Shown here: positions 40,304 to 53,594 of the stretch, in pieces
Layout of the letters: the number at the start of each line of letters is the position of its first letter
Numbering within the stretch: position 1 is the first letter of the stretch
Source of the DNA: Octopus vulgaris
Taxonomy: Eukaryota
Reading direction: 5' to 3'
DNA: 64,000 nt
Assembly (NCBI GenBank): GCA_951406725.2
Contig: OX597819.1
Coordinates: 37,882,001 to 37,946,000 of the forward strand
Program-made: the position numbers and the translations under genes
Notes under the pieces: model-generated
What the model saw: only the letters and a program-made list of their open reading frames with translations
Told to the model about the DNA's origin: nothing
The model's database searches: none

Positions 40304-41242
40304 CAGGGTGGGACGAAGAGGATGAACGTTTTTGAAAAATTCACAAAATCATTAATTTTAGATGCAAACAAATTGTATTGATGTCAATGTGTTCATATTG
40401 AATTAGTATTTGTGAAAATTAAGTGTGGAAAGCAACATCCATTATATGGTGTCCATTTTCATTGTTGCATTTCTAAAGGCATTCTTGGCAGTTGGCCTCC
40501 ACTTTCTCCAGCACTGCTCTGTCAATTTGGGTGACTTCCACAGGAATAGCTTCTTTCAAATTGTCCAATGTATGGGGCTTATGTACATACACATGTGCCT
40601 TGAGGGTTCCCAACAAGAAATAATCACACATAGACAAATTAGGGGACTGAGCGGGCCAAGGAATATCAGCAAACCTGGAAATGAGGTGGTCACTGAAGAG
40701 AGGGCAAAGAACATACATTGATGCTCTGGCTGTGTGGGTCATCTCCCCACCCTGCTGAAACCACATACATCGAATAGGCGTGTGTTTTCATCGTAATTCA
40801 GGCACAAAGAAGTTGTTCATCATCTCAATGAAATGCTCAGAGTTTACAGTAACAGCATTTTGATCATTGTCTTAAAAAAAGTAAGGACCAATGACGGCAG
40901 CTTTTCCAACATTGTACTGTCACTATTCATTAGTGTACCTTGTGTACAAAGTGCATTCACCCAACGTAAGATTGGGATATGGGTGGAAACAGCCTGATTT
41001 CAGTGAATGTTGAAGTGGCACCGAAACTCAAGCTGAACTGCTGTGACAGACTCCTTATTCTTCACATAACTGTCATAGGCAAACACACGATGTTCTATTG
41101 TCTACGGCACCATGGCTTCACCTGAAAAGAAAAAGAATGCTAAGACTCCACAGACCTAATGGTACTTGTCGAACATATATCCCTCCCACTGGGGCTGAAT
41201 AGTAGATATTTCAAAAACATCCGTCCTCTGTGCCCCACCCTG
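40304..41242 (-). mobile_element. Tc1/mariner (DD37D/maT-like) element inserted at TA in a SINE
   Basis: TIRs cagggtggg(a/g)c...gtttttgaaa and TA TSD. WFQQ.G and WPAQSPNLS.CDYFL.G motifs. Confidence 0.85.
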
Positions 41243-41592
41243 TATATCTTCAGAGTGACCAGTGCCTTGTGAGTGAACTTTGTACACAGAAACTGTTTGG
41301 AAGCCTGTCATATATATGTACATATGCATATATGTGTGTCTTTGTGCTTGTATTTGTCCCCTCCTACCACTGGATAACTGACATTGGGTTTCTTTATGTC
41401 TGTATAACATAGTAATTTGTCATGTTGTACTTGCCTTCATATCAATGATTTTATTGAACTATGGAGGCTATTTTAGCCATGTTACTATTACATAACAATG
41501 AATAAAGCTATTTTAAATGCAAATTAATGTAAGAAAGTTTCTGCTTTCCTTGTAATGTTAAAATATATTTCTTAAATCCTATATTTTTACAG

Positions 41593-41656
41593 AGAACTTA
41601 CAAAATATAAGATTGAACAAAGCGCTCTCCTTGCAAAAACTGCCCAAGTAAAACAG
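41593..41656 (+). CDS. CCDC175-like exon 9: (A)ELTKYKIEQSALLAKTAQVKQ
   Basis: tttttacag acceptor, CAG|GTTTGT donor, phase 2 to 0. Confidence 0.83.
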
Positions 41657-42290
41657 GTTTGTTCCAGCTTTTTGTTTCTCTACATTTATTACTACCCACT
41701 GCTCAGAACCTCAATAATTCTGTCTTCAGTCATGTAAATATTTCTACAGAAAACACCTGATCTCTACTCAGTTGGTCATTACTTTGCTATGGGTTTTACC
41801 AATATCCCTTTAAGGAGCTGTGTATGTAACCTTCACATATTCTTTGAATCCAGTGAGACTGACAGTTAACATTCCTCTCGATTGAACAATTGCAAGTCCA
41901 TGGCTGTAGGAAAAACATGTGCAAGGAGGGATTTCCAGGATAATGTTCTGAGGAAAGAGACGGGAGCATAGTAGTTAGTACTGGCCTTGAGAGGTGGACA
42001 CAGTATGGGTGACAACTCAACCACAGTATACAGTGGACTCTTAGATCTGTGAGACCCTTGGAAAATTGCCAAATCTGTCCACACCTTAAGACAGTGCTGA
42101 TCATGAGAAATAATTAGTAAATGATTGATGCAGCTACATCATCTCTTAGCTTGTCCTGATGGGTAAACTCATGTTACTCTGTTTATATTAATTTCCAATT
42201 CTTATTTATCTTTAGCCTTTTTTTATAATGTTTAATTATACTTTGTTGTTGTTGTCATTGCTGCTACCATTGACATTATTGTTGTCATCG

Positions 42291-42339
<49 letters not shown>

Positions 42340-42554
42340 ATCACGTCTGCTTTCCATGCTAGCATGGAGTGAATGGTTCAAGATGCAATTGGTTGAAGGA
42401 TTCTGTCTTGCTCCAATATTTCAGTTTCAACATGGTTTTTGTAGTTGGATTCCCTTTCTATTGCCATCACTTTACTCAGTGTACTGGATGTTTATGTTTT
42501 ATGACACTAGCATATAACTGGTGTAAGTGTCCATGTTTGATAGAGTGCTAGTGT

Positions 42555-43185
42555 TTTGAGAGGGAGGTCAGGCATAAGAGGAATTAGTTGCTGTGTGCAA
42601 GAGAAAAGACTATGCTGGTTTGGTCATGTGATGCAGATGGATGCCGATAGCTCCATAAAGAAGTGCTGGTCTCTCAGAGTAGATGGTACACATGGAAGTG
42701 GAAGACCCAGGAAGACATGGGATGAAGTACTGAAGAACAACCTCAGAATGCTGCACTTTTCAGGCAAAATGACAAAGGACTGAGATGCCTGGTGCCTTAC
42801 TGTACTCAAAAAGATGTGTACTCTGCAGCAGGAGTTCCTCTGATGGTTTAAAGCACTCATGATGGTACCATGTAAAGCACCTGCACTGTGTCACATAAAA
42901 GTGCCTGTGCAGTACCACATAAGTGCCTGTGTGGTGCCATGTAAAAGCATCTGTGTTGTGCTACATAAAAGAACTTGTTCAGTGTTACATAAAAGCACCC
43001 GTGTGACACCACGTAAGAGCACCCGTGCAGTACTATGTAAAAGCACCCAGCATGCTCTGTAAAGTGGTTGGCATTAAGAAGGGTACCCAGCTATAGAAAC
43101 CATGTTAAATCAATCAGGAGTCTTGTACAGCTCTCCAGCTAGCCAACTCTAATCAAACCATCCAATGGATGTTAAATGATGATGT
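42555..43185 (+). mobile_element. RTE 3' fragment with about 8 copies of a 24-bp minisatellite unit in its UTR
   Basis: RLCWFGHV and GRPRKTW motifs. Tandem gtgccaygtaaaagcacc units at 42865-43030. Confidence 0.8.
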
Positions 43186-43689
43186 TAAATCATTGGTTTC
43201 AAATTTTGGCACAAGGCCAGCAATTTTGGACATGGGTAAGTTGATTACATTGACCCCCGTATCCAGCTGGTACTTATTTTATCGAACCCAAAGGATGAAA
43301 AGCTAAGTGGACCGCAGCAGAATTTGAACTAACTCAGAATGTAAAGCTGGATGGAATGCGACTAAGCATTTTGCCTGCTGTGCTATCAATTCTGCCAGCT
43401 CGATGCATTATAGTGATATTGAATTATTAGTATTGACATTATTGGTACACGACCAATAATTGTGACAAACCTTACAGATAATTGAATCAATTCCAGCATT
43501 TGATTAATGCTCTTTTAATCGACTAAGTAACATTTGAACTCATAATCTAACTAATTATTGCAAAATATTTCCTTCTATCAATTTTGTCATAGACGATAGA
43601 TGCAAACATGGCTTTGTGGTCACATGGTTTATGATTCATTCCCACTGCATGATACTGTTGGCTAATATCTTTTACTAGGCCTTGAAGCT

Positions 43690-43741
<52 letters not shown>

Positions 43742-43779
43742 CATACATACATAAATACATGCATACATACACATACATA

Positions 43780-45023
43780 TCAGGTTGAATAAAAAGTAAG
43801 CAACATTTTGAATCATGAAGAATTTGTACAGGGTTTTTGCAGAGTTTTGAACTGTTTAAAACATTTTTTTACAATTGTCTGATAATACAGACATAGACTT
43901 GCCCAAATACCCAATAAATTAACATTGATTTGTTTTCACCGTTGTTACAATCATCTGAAATGGAACAGTCAAAGTGTGATATTTGAGCAATTTTGCTATT
44001 CAACTTCAAAAAAGGATGCAAAGCAGCTGAAACTGCTTGCAATATCAATGTAACATTTGATGGGGAAATGACCAGTGAGTGGTCGAAAATGGTTTAAAGG
44101 ATTTCACAGTGGAGACCTGAACCTTGAAGATCGGGAGAATAATGGTCGCCCATCTGTCATCAATGACGGTCAATTAAAGACCGTCATTGAGAAAGATCCA
44201 CATAAAACCACTTGATAACTGGCAAAAAAACTTCAAGTTAGCCATAAAACTGCCTGTAACCATTTGTGTGCAATCAGAAAAGCAAAAACAGCTTGACAAA
44301 TGGGTACCATACGATTTGAATGAAAATCAGAAAATGCGCAGATATGAAATTTGCTCATCACTTCTCTGTAACTGGACCAATCCATTTCTTGACCGTATTA
44401 TAACTTGCGATGAAAAGTGGATTCTGTACAATAATAAAAAATGTTCTTCACAGTGGTTGGATCAAAATGAAGCACTATAAAACTTTCCCTAAACCTGAGC
44501 TCTTCAAACAGAAGGTTATGGTGACTGTTTGGTGGTGTACTACTGGACTCATCCACTATAACTTCTTAAAACCCTGAGAAACCATTATTGCAGAAACATA
44601 TTGCCATGAAATTGCCAAAATGAACGAAAAACTGCTGCTTCATCCCAGACTGGTCAACAGAAGAGGGTCAATCATTCTTCATGACAATGCTCGACTACAT
44701 GTTTCACTAATGATGCTCCAGAAGTTGAGGGAACTTGGCTGTGAAGTTCTTCCCCACCCAGCTTAGTCCCCAGACCTTTCTCCTACTGACTACCACTTTT
44801 TCAAGCACCTTGATGGTTTCCTGTGAGAGAAGGAGTTAAAAAATCAAACCGATGCTGAAAGTGCATTCAAAGAGGTCATCAGAACTCCAGATGTTTATGT
44901 TACTAGAATAAACAAACCTGTAACTCGTTGGCAAAAGTGTGTTAATTATAATGGTACTTACTTTGATGAATAAAATTTCTGCATTGTTGAAATATATTGT
45001 GATGAATTTCATGTTTAGTCTGA
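43780..45023 (+). mobile_element. Full-length decayed mariner (DD34D) element
   Basis: About 1.25 kb between TA sites. WVPYDL, IITCDEKWI, HDNA and SPDLSPTDYHFF motifs. Many stops. Confidence 0.9.
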
Positions 45024-45962
45024 TATATATATGTATGCATATATATCATCATCATCACTGTTTAACATCTGTCTTCCATTTGGTAGAGTACACATTTATT
45101 ATTCTTTAACAAGAAAAATATTGGCAGTAACTTCAGAGTTTGGTCAGTTAAGCCATCCTCAGACACATACATTCATATATATATATAAAAACAGCAAATT
45201 CAATTATTTCTCTGTAAATTGGAAAAATGATGAACAGCCTCAGTTGATTTTCAAACCTAATGAGGTTCTCATCAGAGGTGACCTCATCATTTGACCAATC
45301 TCAGAGAAATAATTTGTCTATATGCACAACAAATCCAGTCCCATCAGAGAATTAGAACTACAATTTTGTATACTATTAGTTTTTAACATTTTATGATACT
45401 AACTAAGGATCAAATAGATCTTAGAAGCACCTCCATGTAACTTTGGCTAAATATATTACTCTGAAAGAAAGCATTCCTGGTCAGTACAGTGGTCCATACA
45501 GTGTTAAACAGCTGTTTACTGGTCTTGGGTATCCTGCAAAACTGTGTGTGTATTTTACTGAAAAAAAAACAAAAAAAACTGGCAGAATATCACCTGATGA
45601 AATGGGATGGTTACAAAACAATGTGAATCTATGTCATGTTATCTAATATGTTACATAACAGATTTTGTATTGATAATTCTTTCTAATATAAGTACAAGGT
45701 CTGAAATTTTGGTGGAGGGGACTAATTGATTATGTCAAAACCAGTACTTGACTGTCACTTATTTTATCAGCTCCAAAAGGATGAAAGGCATAGTTGACCT
45801 TGGCAGAATTTGAGCTCTGAATGTATAGGTGGATGAAATGCTGTTAAGCATTTTGTGAAGTGTGCTAATGGTTCTGCCAGCTTATTGCCTTGAGGACTTT
45901 GTTTTGATAATAAACCATCTGTGTAATGATATTTTGAACAATCCATTTGATTTTTTTTGGTT

Positions 45963-46017
<55 letters not shown>

Positions 46018-46093
46018 ATGCAAACATGAAAACACAACAACGAGAGGACATGGAACAAGTATAGTATTATTATATGCTCAGGAAAGAAGGAGG

Positions 46094-46128
46094 GTTTAAC
46101 GTTTCGAGTGGAGCTCTTCATCAGAAAC
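46094..46128 (-). ncRNA. Minimal type I hammerhead ribozyme motif
   Basis: GUUU-CUGAUGA-A-GAG-cucca-CUC-GAAA-CG-UU-AAAC: intact core, helix I, helix II and a palindromic helix III. Confidence 0.7.
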
Positions 46129-46777
46129 ATAGGAAAAGGAAAGATCCAAAGAAGGGAAGACGGAGGAAAAAAAATCGCTAACGGTACACACGCGGTCACA
46201 TTTTGAATATATATATATATATTTCTCTTTATCTCTCTGGCTAGATAACCATGTGCTGCCTCTACAGCAAGACACATTTTTCTATCTCACTGTCACATGT
46301 TAACCTTCCATCATCTGACACAAAATCACCCCCTCCAATGCCCCTTCCCCCTCAAAGGTTCTTGTATCTCATCGACAGCAAGACACCTGTTTCTGTCTTT
46401 CTGTCACACTAAGCTTTCATCATCTGATACAAGATCACCTCCTCTAATGCCCCCTCCCCTCTCAAAGATTCTTTGTCATGTAAGTTACTTGCTAACCCTG
46501 CCAGTGTTGGTGCCACATAAAACGCATCTAGTCCACACTGTAAAGTGGTTGGTGTTTGGAAGGGCAGATGGCTGTAAAATCATGCCAAAACTGACCTTGC
46601 CTGTGCTGGTGTCACATAAAAAGCACTCATTTCACTCTATGGAGTGGTTAGTGTTAGGAAGGGCATCCAACTATAAAAACCATGCCAAAAGAGACAGAAA
46701 AGTCTGGTGCAGTCTTCTGCCTGGCAATCCATGCCATCATATAGGGCAGAAGTTAAACACTGGAGATGATGATAATG

Positions 46778-46839
<62 letters not shown>

Positions 46840-46840
46840 A

Positions 46841-49800
46841 CTAGCTTAAGGTGACCCACTCTACGCGCGGGTAAGAGTGTGGTTGTTATTTTCTGTTGCA
46901 TCCTTTCGGCACATAAAAAGCACCAACCGATCGTGGCCACTGCCAGCGCCCCTCCCCCATGGCACCTGTGCCGGTGGCACGAAAAAAGCACCCACTACAA
47001 TCACAGAGTGGTTGGCGTTAGGAAGGGCATCCAGCTGCAGAAACACTGCAAGATCAGACTGGAGCCTGGTGCAGCTCCTGGCTTCCCAGACCCCGGTCAA
47101 ACTGTCCAACCTGTGCTAGCACGGAAAACGGACGTTAAACGATGATGATGATGATTCTCCCTCTTTGTTTCTCTCTCCTTTCTCTCTCCCTTTCCCACTC
47201 TCTTACTCTTCCTTTCTCTCGGACTCTCCCTCGCTTTCTCTTACTCTCTATCTTTCTCTATCTATCTCTCTCCCATTTATAAACAACAAAAGATCTTGAG
47301 TAAGTTGAGAAAGAAAGTTGTTTGAAGGATCAATCATAAATATCAGGCAGTGACAACGGAAAGGTCTGCTTCAAGGCAGAAAGCAAAACACTAACATTTA
47401 AAAGGGACAGATAAACTTGCAAGCTGAAAAAAAAAATTGGAAACCAAAGTTTGGAGGGATGGAATCTGAAGATAGCAGAGTCACCATGGCTGGCATTTCT
47501 TAACGACGGACAGCAATGTAGTTGCAGTTTAACGGCTGGCGTAAAATTTTGAACTTGATGTAAAAGAAAATTCCTGAACACCAAGTTTTGAAGTGATTCT
47601 TTCTCACGACAGTAGACTCACCATGGCAAGCATTCTTCATCATGGACGGCAACACATTGACGATTTAAAAGGCTGGCGCAAATTTTTTAGCTTGATGTAA
47701 CAGAGAATTCCTAAATATTTAAGAACTGGAAAATTTTTCAAATTTACAGAAAAATTTTTGTTTACAATGGTCGGCTTGAGCATACAAATAAATTCTTTTT
47801 ATCCACACAAAAATAAATAATATCTGTTACCTTTCTGAAAGACCTGTGGTAGGAATATTTAAACTTTTGTGGCTGTCATTGAGAGACACTTTGGAGAAGA
47901 AAGAGAGATGGCGGAGGTGCCAAACGTCGTTATAGAGAGAGAGAAAATGGAGAGAAGGGGGAAAAGAGAGAGATCGAGGAAGAAAAGGTGATATATGAAA
48001 GAGAGGGCTGAAAAATGAAATATTTTGAAACCTAAAGATGATTTGTTTTAAGAGAAAGATTCTCATGATTGTGTGATGGTGGTGGTGGCGATTATAATTC
48101 TCTTTATGAATGCAGACAGACGTAGAGAGAGAGAGAGAGAGAGAGAGAGTGACAGCGCTGGCAAAGGAAATATAGTAGACACTATCAAATGACGTTATAG
48201 TGAGAAAGTGAAAGGAAGGGAGGAGAGAGAGAGAGAGAGAGAAGTTTTGAAGTGATTTTTTCTCACGACAGTAGACTCACCATGGCAAGCATTCAAAACT
48301 TCTTCATCATGGACGGCAACACATTGATGATTTAAAGGCTGGCGCAAATTTTTTAGCTTGATGTAACAGAGAATTGCTAAACACCCGTTCCTGTAAATTT
48401 TAATCCCCTTCAAGCCCCATTTAGATCTCTTTTCACGTTTTGGTTAATATAACCCGATTTCATTCGGGTCTACTCGGGCCACATTTTATAAGATGAGGAA
48501 TTTTGTCCTAGAGGTCGCACCTTTCATTTGAGGGGAAAAAATAGTTGCCATGCAAACTCGCCAGCACTTTTAACATAGGTGTGCATATTTTCAGCTCAAC
48601 CGACATATTATATATATATATATATACGCATTAAATATATATGTGTAGTTAGTGACTTTAGGATCAGGACTAGGAGGACAACCAGAAGACGACAAATATG
48701 GAGAAGAAGGATCTGGAAGCTTAAAGATCCTGCAAATGGACAGAGATTTAGGGACATATTACTTGAAGCCTCTGACGAAGTAGAAGGGGATAGAGCATCA
48801 CAGGGGGTAGAAGACAGCTGGACGTTTCTAAGGGACAACCTGCTGAGAGCCACTGACCAGATCTGTGGCTGGTGCAAAGTCCCCTCTCGACCTAGAATAA
48901 CGTGGTGGTGGAACAATATTGTAGACAGGGCTATTAGAGAAAAGAGACAGGCTTGGAAGGTCTGGAAAAATGGGGGTAGCAGGGGATTGTATCAGACTGC
49001 CAAAAGAGAAGCTAGGAGACAGGTTTATTTAGCCAGAGGGGAAGCAGATAAGAAAAAATTTGCCAATGTTCTGCGCCGTGAGGACCAAAGACTGGAGGTG
49101 TTTCGTGTTGCAAGACAGTGTGTGAGAGAGAATCGTGATGTGGTAGGAGAGAAGTGTGTTCGCATGGAAGATGGTTCACTTGCGCTAAATGAGGATGCAA
49201 AGAGAGAGGTTTGGAGATGCCACTATGAAAGGTTGCTGAATGAAGAAAATGAATGGGATAAAGAGAGTCTGCCGAATGTTGACCCAACAGAGGGACCAGC
49301 TATCCGAGTTGATAGTTCCGTGGTAGCTAAGGCAATTAGAAGCATGAAGACAGGGAAAGCCCCAGGCCCATCAGGAATCACTGCAGAGATGCTCAAAATG
49401 TCTGGTAGTGTCGGCTATAGCCTAGTCACCCGTATAGTTAATCAGGTGATACACAAAGGGGTCATACCCAATGACTGGTGTAGCAGTATAATAGTCAACT
49501 GCTACAAAGGTAAAGGTGATGCCCTAGATACAAATAACTACAGAGGTATCAAGCTGTTGGACCAGGTGATGAAGGTTACGGAGAGGGTCATAGCCCAACT
49601 AATTAGAGAGAGAGAGTTAGTTTAGATGAGATGCAGTTTGGGTTTGTGCCAGGGAAAAGTACTACTGATGCTATATTCCTGGTAAGGCAGCTGCAGGAGA
49701 AATACCTAGCCAAAGATAAGCCCCTGTACCTGGCTTTTGTTGACATGGAGAAAGCCTTCGACAGGGTCCCCCGATCCCTTATCTGGTGGGCAATGAGGAA

Positions 49801-52295
49801 ACTAGGGATAGATGAATGGTTAGTGAGAGCTGTGCGGGCCATGTATAGGGACGCCGCTAGTAGGGTGAGGGTTGGAAATGTGTACAGTGAAGAATTCCGG
49901 GTAGAGGTAGGAGTCCACCAAGGCTCAGTACTCAGCCCCCTCCTATTTATCATAGTCCTCCAGGCAATAACGGAGGAATTCAAGACAGGATGCCCTTGGG
50001 AGCTCCTCTATGCTGATGACCTTGCTCTAATTGCTGAGTCGCTATCAGAACTGGAGGAGAAGTTTCAGGTGTGGAAACAAGGATTAGAATCGAAGGGCCT
50101 CAGAGTCAATCTAGCTAAAACCAAAGTCGTAATCAGTAGGAAGGTAGACAAATCACAAACACCTTCAGGTAGATGGCCCTGCTCGATCTGTAGAAAAGGT
50201 GTAGGTAGAAACTCTATAAGATGCACCAAGTGTAAGCTATGGACACATAAGAGATGCAGCAATGTCAAAGGAAGGCTAACTAGGAAGATGGTTTTTGTAT
50301 GTGGCAGATGCTCAGGAACAATAAACACTGAAAATGCTCTGAGACCAACTTCCGTCACTTTCCAGGGAGAAAAACTAGAAATAGTTGATAGTTTCCGTTA
50401 CCTAGGTGACCAAGTCAGCAGCGGGGGCGGGTGTGCTGAAAGTGTAACTGCTAGAGTAAGAATAGCTTGGGCAAAGTTCAGAGAGCTCTTACCTCTGCTG
50501 GTGACAAAAGGCCTCTCGCACAGAGTGAAAGGCAGACTGTATGATGTGTGTGTACGAACAGCCATGCTACATGGCAGTGAAACATGGGCCGTGACTGCTG
50601 AGGATATGCGTAAGCTCGCAAGAAATGAAGCCAGTATGCTCTGATGGATGTGTAATGCCGGTACTCTCACTCGGCAGAGTGTAAGTACCTTGAGAGAAAA
50701 GCTGGACCTAAGAAGCATCAGTTGTGGTGTGCAAGAGAGACGTTTGCGCTGGTATGGTCATGTGGCGAGAATGGATGAAGATAGTTGTGTGAAAAAGTGC
50801 CACACCCTAGTGGTTGAGGGAACCTGTGGAAGAGGCAGACCCAGGAAAACCTGGGACGAGGTGGTGAAGCACGACCTTTGAACTTTAGGTCTCACTGAGG
50901 AAATGACTAGAGACCGAGACCTCTGGAAGTGTGCTGTGCGCGAGAAGACCCGGCAGGACAAGTGAGTCCATAACCCGTGGCCTTCTACATGGGATGGAGC
51001 CGGCCTACGTATGCATACCTTCCCTTCTTGGGACACAAAACTCTACTTGTGAAGACGTGTTGAGGCAAGTGAGGATCAGAATCGAAATCGATCAATGGAA
51101 ATTGCGGATGTGCTACCAGTGCCGGTGGCATGTCAAAACTCTGCTTGTGAAGACCCGTTGAGGCAAGTGAGGATCAGAATCGAAATCGATCAATGGAAAT
51201 CGATCAATGGAAATTGCAGATGTGTTACCAGTGCCGGTGGCATGTAAGAGAACTTTCCGTTTCACGACCGTTGCCAGCACCGCCCCGTTTCGTGTCCGTT
51301 GCCAGCCTCGCCTGGCCCTCGTGCCGGTGGCACATAAAAAGCACCATCCGTTCGTGGCCGTTTGCCAGCTCTGTCTGGCACCAGTGCGGGTGGCACGTAA
51401 AAAGCACCCACTACACTCACGGAGTGGTTGGCGTTAGGAAGGGCATCCAGCCGTAGAAACACTGCCAGATTTGACTGGGCCTGATGAAGCCTTCTGGCTT
51501 CACAGACCCCAGTAGAACCGTCCAACCCATGCTAGCATGGAAAACGGACCCTAAACGATGATGATGATGATGATGATGATGCATTATATATATATGTGTG
51601 TGTGTGTGTGTGTATGTGTGTGTGTGTGTGTATGCATTATATATATGTGTGTGTGTGTGTGTGTACGCAATATATATACAAATTATATATATATAAATAC
51701 AGATATATACACTTTGAATATATACATTATATATACATATTTATATACAGAACACACACACACACACACATATATAAATTAACCCAATAAATATTTGATT
51801 CATAATATTTGTTCTCATGATTTTGTGGTGGTGGTGGCGATAATAATTCTCTTTATAAATGTAGACAGATGTAGAGAGAGAGAGAGAGAGAGAGTGACAG
51901 CGCTGGCGAAGGAAAGATAGTAGACTCTATCAAATGACGTTATAGAGAGAAAGTGAAAGGAAGGGAGGAGAGAGAGAGATGGAGGAAGACAGGCAGACAA
52001 TAGAATGCGATGGCGGCGAGGGAAAGATAATAGATGCTGTGAAACGACATTATAGATAGAACGTGAAAGGAAGGGAGGAAAGAGAGTGAGTGATGGAGGA
52101 AGACAGATACATAAAAGAATGAGAGTAGACTTGTCAAAGTGCGTTTTTGGTCCTAGCAACGACACATTTTACATGTCCCTGTAAATTTTGGAGTCAATCC
52201 GACGGGATCTAGTGACCTTTAACCCGTTCTCAATGCCAAAACCAGACAAACAATCAAACAAACAAACTTTTCGCATTTCAGAATTATAATATAGA
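46841..52295 (-). mobile_element. Probable non-autonomous Helitron with nested SINE and RTE insertions
   Basis: Minus strand starts A|TCTATATTATAATTC at 52295 and ends with hairpin acccgcgcgtagagtgggt...CTAG|T at 46841. It contains internal duplicated blocks. Confidence 0.55.
48645..51580 (+). mobile_element. Young 5'-truncated RTE-clade LINE with near-intact ORF2 (RT), 3' UTR and (GAT)n tail
   Basis: KAPGPSG, NYRGIKLL, QFGF, DMEKAFDRV, GVHQGSVLSPLLF, YADD and FRYLG motifs. One AG-slippage frameshift near 49610 and two TGA stops. Confidence 0.95.
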
Positions 52296-52849
52296 TATAT
52301 ATATATATAGGGAGAATTTATGAAAAAAACAACAAAAGACGAAGACAGGTGGTGTACAAAACAAACAGATGTATTAGTATAATGCTCAGGAACAGAAAGG
52401 GACACAGAAAAAAGAGAGAAACAAGAAGAGGAAAAAAATGTATGTAGTGGCTAACAATCTATCATGGCGTCTGCATATATACATACATATATACATACAT
52501 ATAACGAGAGAGATGTATGTATGTATGTACGTGTGTGTGTGTGTGTGTGCGTGTGCACATGCATGTGTGTATGAGTGCATTTTCCTCTTCTCTTGTTATC
52601 ACGTTTGTTTACATTTGTATTTGAAAACAAAATCACTGCTCATTCAGATTTTCATTTCTTCATAAACTTCTTCAAGTAGTGTCCAGCTATTGAACTATAT
52701 ATCACTTGAAGGGCCAGAAGGAAATGTTGCTTCACTTGGAAAAAACTGATGACACTATGCGGCAGCAAGAGCATTCTGCTGTAGAAAATCTGCCTCAACA
52801 AGGGTTGTCTGACACATGCCGGCATGGAAAATTGGATTTTAAAACAATG

Positions 52850-53175
52850 TTGATGATTATGATGATGATGACGATGATGATGGTTGTGGTAGCAACGATG
52901 CTGATGGTGATGACAATGATGATGGTATTGACGGAGATGGTGATTGTGGTAAAGGTGGTAGTGATGAGGATAATGATGCTGATGGTGATGGTGATGACGA
53001 TGATGATGATGACAACGACAATGATGACGATGACATTGGTGGGGGTGATAGTAGTTGTGGTGATGGGGATGAGGCTGATGATGATGATGATGATGATGGC
53101 ATTGGTGGTGGTGGTAGTAGTTGTGGTGATGGGGATGATGATGATGATGATGATGATGATTATGGTGATGTTGAT
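52850..53175 (+). repeat. Degenerate (GAT/GGT)n trinucleotide tract, an expanded retroelement tail
   Basis: Follows gcatggaaaattggattttaaaac, the usual tail junction. Confidence 0.85.
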
Positions 53176-53484
53176 TATTTTCAATATTAATATTAAAGTG
53201 GTATCAAATTTAAGTGTTCAGATTACATTAATCCATTGGCTACAGAAAACTAAAATAATTTTGAAATGGTTTATATGTATTTACTAGTATTTAAATGCAT
53301 TCGATATTATATAAACATTTATTCCCTGTTTTTTTTAGTATTAACATTGGTTTATTGTATTTGATATTGCTTACATGATGCTCAGTATTGTTTCAAAGTA
53401 TTTGATACTTTTTTGTATTTGACATTCTTTAATACATGATATATTTTAATACACTTAATGCATCTAATTTTCGTGTTTGTGTAG

Positions 53485-53594
53485 CATACTGATGATCTTC
53501 ATCAAAAGATTAACACCCAAAAGGTAAATATTTCTAATAGAAGCAGTTATATAGAAAGTCAACAGAAGATCACAGAGTTTCATGCACATGCTCG
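53485..53594 (+). CDS. CCDC175-like exon 10: HTDDLHQKINTQKVNISNRSSYIESQQKITEFHAHA
   Basis: ttttcgtgtttgtgtag acceptor, CG|GTAAGT donor, phase 0 to 2. Confidence 0.83.

Noticed and set aside
42865-43030. Regular repeats superficially like a CRISPR array
   Set aside because: Eukaryotic context, degenerate contiguous units without unique spacers, and no cas genes
52706-53287. 193-aa Met/Val-rich ORF
   Set aside because: Translation of a (GAT/GGT)n tract
53523-53529. Internal AAG|GTAAAT donor in exon 10 (and CAG|GTTTTG in exon 4)
   Set aside because: These give phase 0, incompatible with the phase-2 downstream exons
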